In this document: piece by piece, positions 12,701 to 25,479 of the stretch
Position numbering within the stretch: position 1 is the stretch's first letter
Layout of the letters: each line of letters opens with the position of its first letter
NCBI GenBank assembly: GCA_964035545.1
Contig: OZ037768.1
Location: forward strand, 24,709,319 to 24,773,318
Length of the DNA: 64,000 nt
Direction of reading: 5' to 3'
DNA from: Bugula neritina
Lineage: Eukaryota > Animalia > Bryozoa
Notes under the pieces: generated by a model
What the model saw: the letters and a program-made list of their open reading frames with translations, nothing else
Databases searched by the model: none
What the model was told of the DNA's origin: nothing
Program-made: the position numbers and the translations under genes

Positions 12701-14510
12701 TCACCATAATAAACTTTGTACAACATACAAATTGAAAACCTGATGTGATTGCTTTTTTAATAGAATATACATCAAAAACATGTTACTTTGATAAGCGTGT
12801 TTATAATAAAAGTATTAAACCAGTTTAAAAAAAATTATTTTGTTATATAAGGGATCACAAAACTAAATCATTTTAGACCTGTAGCTCAATGTTCCTCAAG
12901 CAACGGGCTGCTATGACTAATTAATTTTCTATCATTGCATTTGACTGTTCTACTCATAGTGTATTGGCGAGTTAAAATTATTGGTAATTTAATGTATATT
13001 TTAGCTACCTCTGTACAATCAATGTCATAGTAATATCAATTAGGTTTTAAATTTCACTGAGTTTATAGTAAATTATTGCAATCGGTACATAACATTTGGC
13101 TAGTTCTCTAGTTCATTAAATAACCATACGAACTTAAATTTACAACATGAAAAAACACACAAAGCAAAATTAAAATAATCATATTATGAACCAATGTAAT
13201 TGATAAGCGATAATGCTGTTGTAAAACATAAATTATCAAATTGAAATAGTTATTATTACTATTAGTATTACTATCATTATAACAACTATAATTATTATTA
13301 GTATTACTATTACTATTAGTATTAGCATTAGTAGTAAAAAATGAGTAGAGTTCAACATATACAATCTAGCTCACAGTTACTATAAAAGTAGAAGTAGAAC
13401 TTTTAAAACTATTATCTCCATCATTATCAGAACTATGAGTAATACTAGTACAGTACTAGTAGTTGTACTAATAGTAATACTAGTTATTAATACTAATAGA
13501 CAATAGTAATAGTATCACTATGAGTATGAGACTTGGGCTGGCAGTGATTATCACTATCAGCATCATCATAGTGATAGTCAAAAGTTACAAGAATTAGAAG
13601 CCATATTCATATTGATATTCTCATTGTGATTGAGTTATGCACAGTCATATTCATAGTAATACTAATAGTCAATCACTGATTGAGTTAATGTCATAGTAAT
13701 ACTCATACTCATAATTAATTTGTACGATACTCATACTCATAGTGATAGTGATACGTCACCGTGAATTTCAATTTAATAATAATTTTAATTTAATATTAAA
13801 GTGATATTAATTATTAATATTATCATTGAATCATTCATTGTTGCTAATATTATGTCTTACTCTTAGTCTTAGTCTAACAGCAGCTCTATAAAGAAGTTAA
13901 ACATAACTGATAACAAAACACATTTAAAAAATAATACTGTAACAATCAATATAATGCATATCAATATGAATATGCTAGCAACCTAATTTTCAGCCCACTT
14001 CATTAACTTTCTGTGCAGTATTGTGAATTGTGATAAAATAAATTTATTAATGGTGACCTTGACATCTTCGTCCAAATGCCTTTCACGTCAAGCCCCGAAC
14101 CAATTTGTAAAAATTTTGGATTTTTTACTTTTGATTATTTTTTACGAAAAGAGCTTCAAAATAAATTTAAAAAAAAGTGAGCTGTTGTCCACATGAAAAG
14201 AAATATATGAGTTAATTTTCTAAATTCAGGAAGTTACCAGAGGATCACAATATTTTTTTTAAAAAATCTTCATTTTCACGACAAGCTCTATATATTAATA
14301 TAGAAAAATAGAAGACAACTCTTCTTTCAGATTTTTCATGCGCCACGGTCACGTCAATCTCAGTGCTATTAACACATATATTTTAATTCATTTTTTCTGG
14401 TATATTGAGTTGAGATTTTTTGTATATATTTTGTGAATGCAACTAAAAAAGTATGATCTTTTAATTAACAGTAATTGATTTTATCAAAATAACCTGGATG
14501 CCTACGATGT
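9703..14510. mobile_element. decayed Kolobok-like DNA transposon
   Basis: TTAA at 9699-9702 and at 14511-14514 flank imperfect TIRs. Left AGGCGGTAAGCTTCCAGGTTATTT versus reverse complement of right ACATCGTAGGCATCCAGGTTATTT is 18/24 ungapped. Both subterminal regions are CpG-rich with TGACGT motifs, and there is an internal P2X7-ballast/KolX-like relic. Confidence 0.7.
11940..12535 (-). pseudogene. KolX / P2X7 C-terminal (ballast, Zn-Cys) domain-like gene relic, 2 exons
   Basis: Minus exon ~12535-12316: ANIPPIEEWCK*KKFQVQKAKEQSECCQSCEE...VTDHPGVIEL/RVLEVTYNSYLHHH. Minus exon ~12120-11940: /WFCSYRVLIFWLFPNLHRRQRKPPSACLYN*V.../PPTDDG*QFAG. These resemble the WCxCxxC...ECxCC...CITxHPGF...YRxxxxW...RxPLPSC...FPxxxGxYxG motifs; stops and frameshifts are present. 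Confidence 0.7.
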
Positions 14511-15290
14511 TTAAAAACCACGAAAGGACAATTTTAGTTGAAATGTTAGCTGTAATAATTGAATGAAATTAATAATTATAAATCAAATTGTTGAAGTTCT
14601 CACATTTCATGAATGTCTGATAAATTAGGACTATTATTTAATTCTTAAATTCTAGATAAATATAACTAAGCAATTTAATGAATATATCATTATTATTGTA
14701 TGATGCAATTTTACTGATAAATACTTCAATATTTAAATTATTTTTATGTTACATTTACAAAGGGCTTTTAACCATGGGGAGTAATATATTTAATTACCAT
14801 CATTATTATATTTGAAGTTATACTAGTTAAATATAACTCAGTGACCAATCATGAAGGCACTTTGAGTGCAATAGACTGTGTCTGCTAATTTAAATGCGTA
14901 AGATATACACAAGCAATAACTGCCTCTTAGTCTAATTTAAGTGGCACATATTCCAGACATCATATTTAAATTTCAATTGACAAAAACAATGACAATAGCA
15001 AATGACAATAACAGTTGACAAAAGGATCAACTGTGGTGCAGTAGATAGACATGGTTGTCTAGCATGGTACATGTGCTAGGCTTCTGTGCCACCTCAAAAC
15101 TATTATATTGTGTTGTCTGTATGGCTTTAGGTGAAGAAGGCAACCGCCTCATCAGGCCTTCACAGAGCTTACAACTTTAAACACCATACTATTATCATAT
15201 GTCAGCATTCATTAATTTCTTAGTTCTAGAAATCCTATTTAGAGTAACTTATGCTCCATCATTCCATCGGCACAAATAACTAATGAAACA

Positions 15291-18200
15291 ATGGCGGCTT
15301 CAGGCAATCGCAGATTGCTTTACGAGGTGAGTGGAAATCTACTTTGCTATTTCTCTGTTAGCGAGGTGTAGGCTTGCTTGACTGGCTGCCTTGGTTCAAC
15401 AATGTCTGCTGTATTATATACTAGTACTGTGTATTATATACTAGTACTGTGTATTATATACTAGTACTGTGTGTTGTATTATATACTAGTACTGTGTGTT
15501 ATATACTAGTACTGTGTGTTGTATTATATACTAGTACTGTGTATTATATACTAGTACTGTGTATTATATACTAGTACTGTGTGTTATATACTAGTACTGT
15601 GTATTATATACTAGTACTGTGTATTATATACTAGTACTGTGTATTAAATACTAGTACTGTGTATTATATACTAGTACTGTGTATTATATACTAGTACTGT
15701 GTGTTGTGTTATATACTAGTACTGTGTGTTATATACTAGTACTGAGTATTATATACTAGTACTGTGTGTTATATACTAGTACTGTGTGTTAAATACTAGT
15801 ACTGTGTGTTATATTATATACTAGTACTGTGTGTTGTGTTATATACTAGTACTGTGTATTATATACTAGTACTGTGTATTAAATACTAGTACTGTGTATT
15901 ATATACTAGTACTGTGTATTATATACTAGTACTGTGTGTTGTGTTATATACTAGTACTGTGTGTTATATACTAGTACTGAGTATTATATACTAGTACTGT
16001 GTGTTATATACTAGTACTGTGTGTTAAATACTAGTACTGTGTGTTATATTATATACTAGTACTGTGTATTATATACTAGTACTGTGTATTATTACTGTGT
16101 ATTAAATACTAGTACTGTGTGTTATATACTAGTACTGTGTGTTATATACTAGTACTGTGTGTTGTGTTATATACTAGTACTGTGTATTATATACTAGTAC
16201 AGTGTATTGTATTATATACTAGTACTGTGTATTATATACTAGTACTGTGTATTATATACTAGTACTGTGTATTAAATACTAGTACTGTGTGTTATATACT
16301 AGTACTGTGTATTATATACTAGTACAGTGTATTGTATTATATACTAGTACTGTGTATTATATACTAGTACTGTGTATTATATACTAGTACTGTGTATTAT
16401 ACACTAATACTGAGTAAGATGTTGTTGTTGCAGTACACTCCGCTACACAGTTTACCGTCCTGTGGCAAAGTCAATGTTTACGGTGTTGTGAGATTAGCAA
16501 ACGTTGCTCGTCCTACGTGCGGTGGTAATAGTAAGTCTACATATTCTATACAGTGCAGTGGTAATAGTAAGTCTACATATTCTATACAGTACAGTGGTAA
16601 TAGTAAGTCTACATATTCTATACAGTACAGTGGTGATAGTAAGTCTACATATTCTATATAGTGCAGTGGTAATAGTAAGTCTACATATTCTATACAGTAC
16701 AGTGGTAATAGTAAGTCTACATATTCTATACAGTACAGTGGTGATAGTAAGTCTACATATTCTATACAGTACAGTGGTAATAGTAAGTCTACATATTCTA
16801 TATAGTGCAGTGGTAATAGTAAGTCTACATATTCTATACAGTACAGTGGTGATACTAAGTCTACATATTCTATACAGTACAGTGGTAATACTAAGTCTAC
16901 ATATTCTATACAGTACAGTGGTGATACTAAGTCTACATATTCTATACAGTACAGTGGTAATAGTAAGTCTACATATTCTATATAGTGCAGTGGTAATATA
17001 CAAATGAACTGTATGTTTGGTGTGTAGGCTACTATAAAACTATAGTGTTAGAAACGGAGGCGTTGTACAATAAAGGAAGTAGATTCACGGTGACTATCTT
17101 CTCCACGCTACTCTCTAAGCTGCCAGAATGTGACGTATTTGACGTGATTCGGCTTCACAGAATGCAGGTACAGCGAGTCAATGCTGTCATGCTGACTCTC
17201 AATGATTGACCTTGACATGGCTGTGTTAGCCTTGACCTCATGCGCACTGCATGAATATTGTCTCATTATTGACAACAGGTAGAGGACTTCTGTGGAGAGA
17301 AGAATGGAAAGTTGCGACTAGACTATGGAGGGGCCTGGGTCCTCTTCAGAAATAATGAGAGGGAGTTGGTGGTGAAATCATCATCAGCTAGTAGTCAGTA
17401 TTAAATTCTATCTAATAGTAATACTATACTACTAGTAATACTATACTACTAGTAATACTATACTACTAGTAATACTATACTGCTAGTAATACTATACTGC
17501 TAGTAATACTATACTACTAGTTATACTATACTACTAGTAATACTATACTGCTAGTAATACTATACTACTAGTTATACTCTACTACTAGTAATACTATACT
17601 ACTAGTAATACTGTACTACTAGTAATACTATACTACTAGTAATACTATACTACTAGTAATACTATACTACTAGTAATACTATACTACTAGTTATACTCTA
17701 CTACTAGTAATACTATACTACTAGTAATACTGTACTACTAGTAATACTATACTACTAGTAATACTATACTGCTAGTAATACTATACTACTAGTTATACTC
17801 TACTACTAGTAATACTATACTACTAGTAATACTATACTACTAGTAATACTATACTACTAGTAATACTATATTACTAGTAATACTATACTACTAGTAATAC
17901 TATACTACTAGTAATACTATACTGCTAGTAATACTATACTACTAGTTATACTCTACTACTAGTAATACTATACTACTAGTAATACTATACTACTAGTAAT
18001 ACTATACTACTAGTAATACTATATTACCAGTAATACTATACTACTAGTAATACTATACTACTAGTAATACTATACTACTAGTAATACTATATTACCAGTA
18101 ATACTATACTATTAGTAATACTATACTACTAGTTATACTATACTACTAGTAATACTATACTACTAGTAATACTATACTACTAGTAATACTATACTACTAG

Positions 18201-21200
18201 TAATACTATACTGCTAGTAATACTATACTACTAGTAATACTATACTACTAGTAATACTATACTGCTAGTAATACTATACTACTAGTAGTACTATACTACT
18301 AGTAATACTATATTACTAGTAATACTATACTATTAGTAGTACTATAATACTAGTAATACTGTATTGCATCATGTAGATATCATACTCACCGAGGAGGATA
18401 AAGCTTTGATGACACAGATGGGTGGGTGGGTGTCCGCAGCTCTGGCAAACTGCCAAATAATTCAGGTCGAAGGTCAGGATGGTGCGGGTACTGCCTCTGT
18501 ACCAGGTACTGCCTCTGTAACAGGTACTGCCTCTGTACCAGGTACTGCCTCTGTAACAGGTGCTGCCTCTGTAACAGGTGCTGCCTCTGTAACAGGTGCT
18601 GCCTCTGTAACAGGTACTGCCTCTGTAACAGGTGCTGCCTCTGTACCAGGTACTGCCTCTGTAACAGGTGCTGCTGATGCCGCTGCAGACACTGGCAGCG
18701 CTGTGATTACTGTTACACGGGCAGAGTCGAGAGCAAACACAGAACAGAGCGCGAAGAGCAGCACAGCATCTTGTATACGAGACTTTTCCCTAAACTCCTA
18801 CCTGAATATCAGCTGCCAGCTACTCAAGGTGTCGGTGCTCAAAGCTAACGAGCATAAGTTGGCTATTCTGACAGTTTGGGACGGCACCAGATGTAAACTC
18901 CCGCTGAACAGACCAGATGAGAGTGACTGCAATTCCCTGAGTCATGAGTGTGGAGTATTGGAGCAGTTAGCAGACTACTGTGTGAATATCATAGTGTATG
19001 GTGCACATGTACACCGGGCTAAGAACCTGAGGCTAGGGGCTCTGTACACCTTCTACGGTGAGTATGTGTTGATATATGTTAGTATGTATTGATATATGTT
19101 AGTACATGTTGATATATGTTAGTATGTGTTGATATATATGTTAGTACATGTTGATATATGTTAGTATGTGTTGGTATGTGTTAGTATGTGTTGATATATG
19201 TTAGTACATGTTGATATATGTTAGTATGTGTTGATATATATGTTAGTATGTGTTGATATATATGTTAGTATGTGTTGATATATGTTAGTATGTGTTGATA
19301 TATGTTAGTACATGTTGATATATGTTAGTATGTGTTGATATATATGTTAGTTAGTACATGTTGATATATGTTAGTATGTGTTGGTATGTGTTAGTATGTG
19401 TTGATATATGTTAGTATGTGTTGATATATGTTAGTACATGTTGATATATGTTAGTATGTGTTGATATATGTTAGTACATGTTGATATATGTTAGTATGTG
19501 TTGATATATGTTAGTACATGTTGATATATGTTAGTATGTGTTGGTATGTGTTAGTATGTGTTGATATATGTTAGTACATGTTGATATATGTTAGTATGTG
19601 TTGATATATATGTTAGTACATGTTGATATATGTTAGTATGTGTTGGTATGTGTTAGTATGTGTTGATATATGTTAGTACATGTTGATATATGTTAGTATG
19701 TGTTGATATATGTTAGTACATGTTGATATATGTTAGTATGTGTTGATATATGTTAGTACATGTTGATATATGTTAGTACATGTTGATATATGTTAGTATG
19801 TGTTGGTATGTGTTAGTATGTGTTGATATATGTTAGTACATGTTGATATATGTTAGTATGTGTTGATATATGTTAGTACATGTTGATATATGTTAGTATG
19901 TGTTGATATATGTTAGTACATGTTGATATATGTTAGTACATGTTGATATATGTTAGTCTGTGTTGATATATGTTAGTATGTGTTGATATATATGTTAGTA
20001 TGTGTTGATATATATGTTAGTACATGTTGATATATGTTAGTATGTGTTGATATATATGTTAGTACATGTTGATATATGTTAGTATGTGTTGGTATGTGTT
20101 AGTATGTGTTGATATATGTTAGTACATGTTGATATATGTTAGTATGTGTTGATATATATGTTAGTACATGTTGATATATGTTAGTATGTGTTGATATATA
20201 TGTTAGTACATGTTGATATATGTTAGTATGTGTTGGTATGTGTTAGTATGTGTTGATATATGTTAGTATGTGTTGATATATGTTAGTACATGTTGATATA
20301 TGTTAGTATGTGTTGATATATGTTAGTACATGTTGATATATGTTAGTATGTGTTGATATATGTTAGTACATGTTGATATATGTTAGTATGTGTTGATATA
20401 TGTTAGTACATGTTGATATATGTTAGTACATGTTGATATATGTTAGTCTGTGTTGATATATATGTTAGTATGTGTTGATATATATGTTAGTATGTGTTGA
20501 TATATGTTAGTACATGTTGATATATGTTAGTATGTGTTGATATATGTTAGTACATGTTGATATATGTTAGTATGTGTTGGTATAGCTGTGTTATTTCAGG
20601 AGTCCACTGCAAGCTGCCCTCCACAATCAACAAGCCAGAGTTGTATCTTCATGAAAGTTTCAGGAAACCTGCTCTGCCTTTGACTGATTCCAAGGAGAGA
20701 GACTCTCTGATTGGTCAACTGAAGTTTGCAGCAGATGGCAAAGCCCATTTAGATATCAGTAAGCAACTTGTTTGTTTCTTTGCTCTTGGCTCATATAAAC
20801 TTCATCATTTCTTTGAGATTCTATATATTCAGGGTGTTCTGTGGGTGTACATACAGATTGTTCTGTGAGTGTACATACAGAGTGTTTTGTGAGTGTACAT
20901 TCAGGGTGTTCTGTGGGTATACATACAGGGTGTTCTGTGGGTATACATACAGGGTATGCTGTGGGTATACATACAGATTGTTCTGTGGGTATACATACAG
21001 GGTATTCTGTGGGTGTACATACAGAGTTGTGTCCTCACTGTAGCACCAGATGACAGAGCTCCTGCTGAACTTCTGAAGACAAACATAGAAAGAACATGGA
21101 ACTCCTGGCAATTGTTTCTCAAGGTATTTCCTGATCAGAATAATCTCCGAGCCAGAATTACCAACACAAATACTTCTCATTCTCCATCAGCCAATCAAAG

Positions 21201-24200
21201 TTCTCCCCAGATTGAGGCAGCGAATGGAGGTCTTTCTACAAGATTAGCATCACACGAAAACTTGTCCCGGACTAACCGGGTTCAACAGAATTCATCTCAT
21301 AACTCAGCCAATCAGAATTCACCTCATCTTACATCAACCAATCAGGATTCAGTTGGAGCTGTACATGGTAACTTGTGTAGTGCTGACGCTGTACACAACA
21401 TTAACCAGAACAGCTCCTCTATGGTAAATCATGAAAATGCTGCCAGAAATGATGCGGCCACTATAAATAAGCCATCACATGACAGTTGTATACCATCACA
21501 TGGCAGTTGTATACCATCACATGACAGTTGTATACCATCACATGACAGTTGTATACCATCACATGACAGTTGTATACCATCACATGGCAGTTGTATACCA
21601 TCACATGACAGTTGTATACCATCACATGACAGTTGTATACCATCACATGACAGTTGTATACCATCACATGACAGTTGTATACCATCAAACTTGAGAAAAA
21701 GAGTTTCCACTGCAGCTACACTTGATGAGAATTCAACCTATCAGCATGAATCTGAAAAAGAAGGCTCGTGTGAGTTGATGAGTGTGAGAGTTGTAATGAC
21801 GATGATGTCACTGTATTACTATATTACTTGACTACTATATCACTAGACTACTATATCACTAGACTACTATATTACTAGACTACTATATTACTATATTACT
21901 ATATTAATATATTACTAGCAGGGTTGGGGTCAATTACATGTGACTGTAATTAATTACCATTACAATTACATGAGAATTTGTCAATTACAATTACAATTAT
22001 AATTACAGTCAAATAGTAATGTAATTAATTACAATTACAATTACATGGCAATGTAATTAGTTACAATTACAATTACTTTCGTTCTCGCAAGAGATAAATA
22101 GAAGTTATGCAATTTTACTTCTAGGGTCCAACTAGCAGGGGCAATTTTGACAGTGCTGAACCTCCTTTGTACTCAACAGTGATACTATACCACATTGACA
22201 ATTAATCTGAATTTGTTATTTAACAGTAGGCATGGTAGGAAAAGTATGAAACTTTTAGGATTTCAAAGTTTGAAGTAATTGACATGTAATTATAAAGTAA
22301 TTGTAAAAATCAATTACATTAGATATGTAATTAATTACAATTACAATTACAATTACATTTTTATACATCAATTACAAATTACATTCAATTACTTGAAAAA
22401 ATGTAATTAATTACAACCAATTACAATTACAAATTACAATTACCCCAACCCTGATTACTAGACTACTATATTACTATGTCACTAAACTACTCACTTGTTG
22501 TAGGCAAGAGACGTAAAAAGGTGCACCTGATACCTAAAGAGTTACTGTACACTGCTCCGTCTAACCCTTTCACAGGTGATGACACTCTGTGTTAGCATTG
22601 AGCTTACAATCTAAGTGCCTCTCTTTCTCTCTGGTAACTTTGTGTTCATGATGTCATGTGTTCATGTCTCTTTCTCTCTGGTAACTTTGTGTTCATGATG
22701 TCATGTGTTCTTGTCTCTTTCTCTCTGGTAACTTTGTGTCTATGATGTCATGTGTTCATGTCTCTTTCTCTCTGGTAACTTTGTGTCCATGATGTCATGT
22801 GTTCATGTCTCTTTCTCTCTGGTAACTTTGTGTCTATGATGTCATGCGTCTCTTTCTCTCTGGTAACTTTGTGTCCATGATGTCATGTGTTCGTGTCTCT
22901 TTCTCTCTGGTAACTTTGTGTCCATGATGTCATGTGTTCGTGTCTCTTTCTCTCTGGTAGCTTTGTGTCCATGATGTCATGTGTTCGTGTCTCTTTCTCT
23001 CTGGTAACTTTGTGTCCATGATGTCATGTGTTCATGTCTCTTTCTCTCTGGTAACTTTGTGTCTATGATGTCATGCGTCTCTTTCTCTCTGGTAACTTTG
23101 TGTCCATGATGTCATGTGTTCATGTCTCTTTCTCTCTGGTAACTTTGTGTCTATGATGTCATGCGTCTCTTTCTCTCTGGTAACTTTGTGTCCATGATGT
23201 CATGTGTTCGTGTCTCTTTCTCTCTGGTAGCTTTGTGTCCATGATGTCATGTGTTCGTGTCTCTTTCTCTCTGGTAACTTTGTGTCCATGATGTCATGTG
23301 TCTCTTTCTCCCTGGTAACTTTGTGTTCATGATGTCATGTGTTCGTGTTTTTCAGAAAGCAGCAAGTGGAGCAGAACACACATGATGTCTAAACAAATGC
23401 CTCAAGTTTACTCCTCCATGTTGCCTTCATGTTTGAGAGGTACCTTCAAATATTTGGTATACTGGTTGCTATAGTAACACACAGAGTATATTAAATATAG
23501 AACTGGTTGCTATAGTAACACACAGAGTATATTAAATATAGAACTGGTTGCTATAGTAACATATATTTTATAACTTGCGCTGGTTGCAGTGAATCAGAGA
23601 AGAGAGTTGGCAGAAGTTGTTACTTCTGAAGAAATTGAGTTGCTTAGCAACAAGAGCTCCTCTTGTAAGATACGAGAAAATGCTGGCAGTTCTTGTAAGT
23701 TTAATATTTCAAACTTATCGGCTAATATTTTCACTAGCTGTTAGTACACTCACTGTTAGTATACTCACTGTTAGTATACTTACTGTTAGTATACTCACTG
23801 TTAGTATACTCACTGTTAGTACACTCACTGTTAGTACACTCACTGTTAGTATACTCACTGTTAGTATACTTACTGTTAGTATACTCACTGTTAGTATACT
23901 CACTGTTAGTACACTCACTGTTAGTACACTCACTGTTAGTATACTTACTGTTAGTATACTCACTGTTAGTACACTCACTGTTAGTATACTTGCTGTTAGT
24001 ATACTCACTGTTAGTATACTCACTGTTAGTACACTCACTGTTAGTATACTCACTGTTAGTATACTCACTGTTAGTATACTCACTGTTAGTATACTCACTG
24101 TTAGTATACTCACTGTTAGTATACTCACTGTTAGTACACTCACTGTTAGTATACTCACTGTTAGTACACTCACTGTTACAGATAAGCCAAAGCGCTCGAC

Positions 24201-24804
24201 CAGAACTCTGAAAGACAGACTGGAGAGATGGAGGTATGAAGTCTCTCTGCTGACTGGAGATGCCAGGGAGTTTTCTCCTCGTACAGGTAGTCACCGTCTG
24301 TTTCATCACTTTAGCGAGTCATCTGATGCATGAAACATTGCAAGTATTAGATTTAATGCACAATACTGCTATGAAGTATTGGCCTGTTCATGAATTGTGT
24401 GTTGGTCTAATCACTCTTGTCATATTGATTCTGTTAGAGTGTTAGTTATAGTTAGTTAAATAGATGGCCAACTCTTCAATAAGTTAGGTTGTGATTGGGT
24501 GTGCGAGTGAGTGAGTGAGTGAGTGAGTAATTGAGTGAGTAACCTTGTGGTACAACTAGACTATGTCAATGAGTTATTTTAGTATTTAAACGTGCGAGTT
24601 ATTTATTTTTCAGCTATTAAGCCACCTAATTACCAGGAGATCCTCAGTAGTATAAACAACTCCTCTCACTTTCTTCCTCCTCTCAGCGCAATTAACATCA
24701 AAAGGCAAAACCTCAATCTATGTATTGATGAGGGAGTTATCTCCCCAGAAGAGAGCATGGAATTGCTGTTGAGTAACGTTCGAAATGAATGGCTCAAGTG
24801 TTAA
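15291..24804 (+). CDS. POT1: POT1-like telomeric ssDNA-binding protein (OB1+OB2) with long low-complexity insertions and a divergent C-terminus, ~834 aa
   Basis: Exons 15291-15326, 16434-16524, 17028-17167, 17279-17393, 18377-19057, 20600-20758, 21044-21769, 22504-22575, 23356-23439, 23590-23694, 24182-24286, 24614-24804 (sum 2505 nt, all phases compatible). Motifs YTPLHSL..KVNVYGVV, IFS..LSKLP...DVIRLHRMQV, YLNISCQLL, LTVWDGTR and NIIVYGAHVHRAKNLRLG match POT1 OB1/OB2. The last exons rest on splice logic only. Confidence 0.85.
15410..16402. repeat. POT1 intron 1 minisatellite, 20-bp CTAGTACTGTGTATTATATA
   Basis: Tandem units. Confidence 0.95.
16522..16997. repeat. POT1 intron 2 minisatellite, 39-bp unit containing the donor (GTG|GTAATAGTAAGTCTAC...)
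   Basis: About 12 units, beginning at the exon-2 donor. Confidence 0.95.
17415..18360. repeat. POT1 intron 4 minisatellite, 17-bp TACTAGTAATACTATAC
   Basis: Tandem units. Confidence 0.95.
18487..18666 (+). repeat. coding 18-bp tandem repeat (G[T/A]ASV[T/P]) x10 between POT1 OB1 and OB2
   Basis: In-frame within ORF 18364-19092. Confidence 0.9.
19060..20581. repeat. POT1 intron 5 minisatellite, 20-bp GTTAGTATGTGTTGATATAT
   Basis: Tandem units from donor to near acceptor. Confidence 0.95.
20830..21025. repeat. POT1 intron 6 minisatellite, ~24-bp CAGGGTGTTCTGTGGGTATACATA
   Basis: About 8 diverged units. Confidence 0.85.
21472..21687 (+). repeat. coding 21-bp tandem repeat (PSHDSCI) x10 in POT1 exon 7
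   Basis: In-frame within ORF 20893-21831. Confidence 0.9.
21919..22453. mobile_element. hAT-type MITE (535 bp) in POT1 intron 7
   Basis: TIRs CAGGGTTGGGGT(C)AATT ... AATTACCCCAACCCTG, a perfect 8-bp TSD ATTACTAG (21911-21918 and 22454-22461), subterminal CAATTA/GTAATT repeats, no ORF. Confidence 0.9.
22620..23348. repeat. POT1 intron 8 minisatellite, ~47-bp CTCTTTCTCTCTGGTAACTTTGTGTCCATGATGTCATGTGTTCGTGT
   Basis: About 16 units. Confidence 0.95.
23461..23560. repeat. POT1 intron 9: 41-bp unit x2.5, each carrying the X-box-like palindrome GTTGCTATAGTAAC
   Basis: Motif at 23465, 23506 and 23547. Confidence 0.8.
23738..24178. repeat. POT1 intron 10 minisatellite, 15-bp CTGTTAGTATACTCA
   Basis: Runs directly into the acceptor CTGTTACAG. 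Confidence 0.95.
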
Positions 24805-25479
24805 TCCGTTCTCATGGAGAGAATATTCATTTCACCAGAGACTAAAGGAAACTTCTTTCACTCTAATTAGGAAGTATATCTTCTGTTGCTTTCATTTTCC
24901 TTTTATACTATTTTCAGCTTCAATCAGAAGGTATATATATTTAAAAATAAATTTTGACTTTGCTACTTGCCCTCTCACTACAAAGATATTCATGTATTTC
25001 ATTTGTAATATAGTTTCTGATTAAAAGCTTTGTGGTTTCTAAAGAATTGGCTGCTAAAGCTATTTCCACATATTGATTTATGTTGAAGCTCAGTTTCAGT
25101 TTGTGAACATCGCGTTGTGAGTCATGCATATGCATGTTATGAATATTAAAAAATATAATAAGTAAATTTTGAAAGCAGAGAAAAGTTTTTGCAAGATGAT
25201 CAAGTGATGGTCAATAATGCTGAATGTAGCACATCTAGTGGTTAGAATTTTCACACAGTGCTAGTAAATATATTAAGGACAAAGTGTTGAGTATTTCACT
25301 TATGGTGTTCTTGGCAGCTAGTTAATGTGAACATGAAAAGCTTCAAATTTGAGTGATAATATTTGATCTGATGGTGTGCAAACTTGTCCACTCGTCTTTT
25401 CTTTTACTTGTTTTTATTGACGAGGTCAGTAACGGGGTTACATCTCGTATCAGCCCATAACATCTACTGTCTTTGCCAC

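Noticed and set aside
15410-24178. Idea that repeats in POT1 introns are telomeric or POT1-binding sites
   Set aside because: No (TTAGGG)n or (TTAGG)n tracts, and the same kind of arrays fill introns of unrelated genes.
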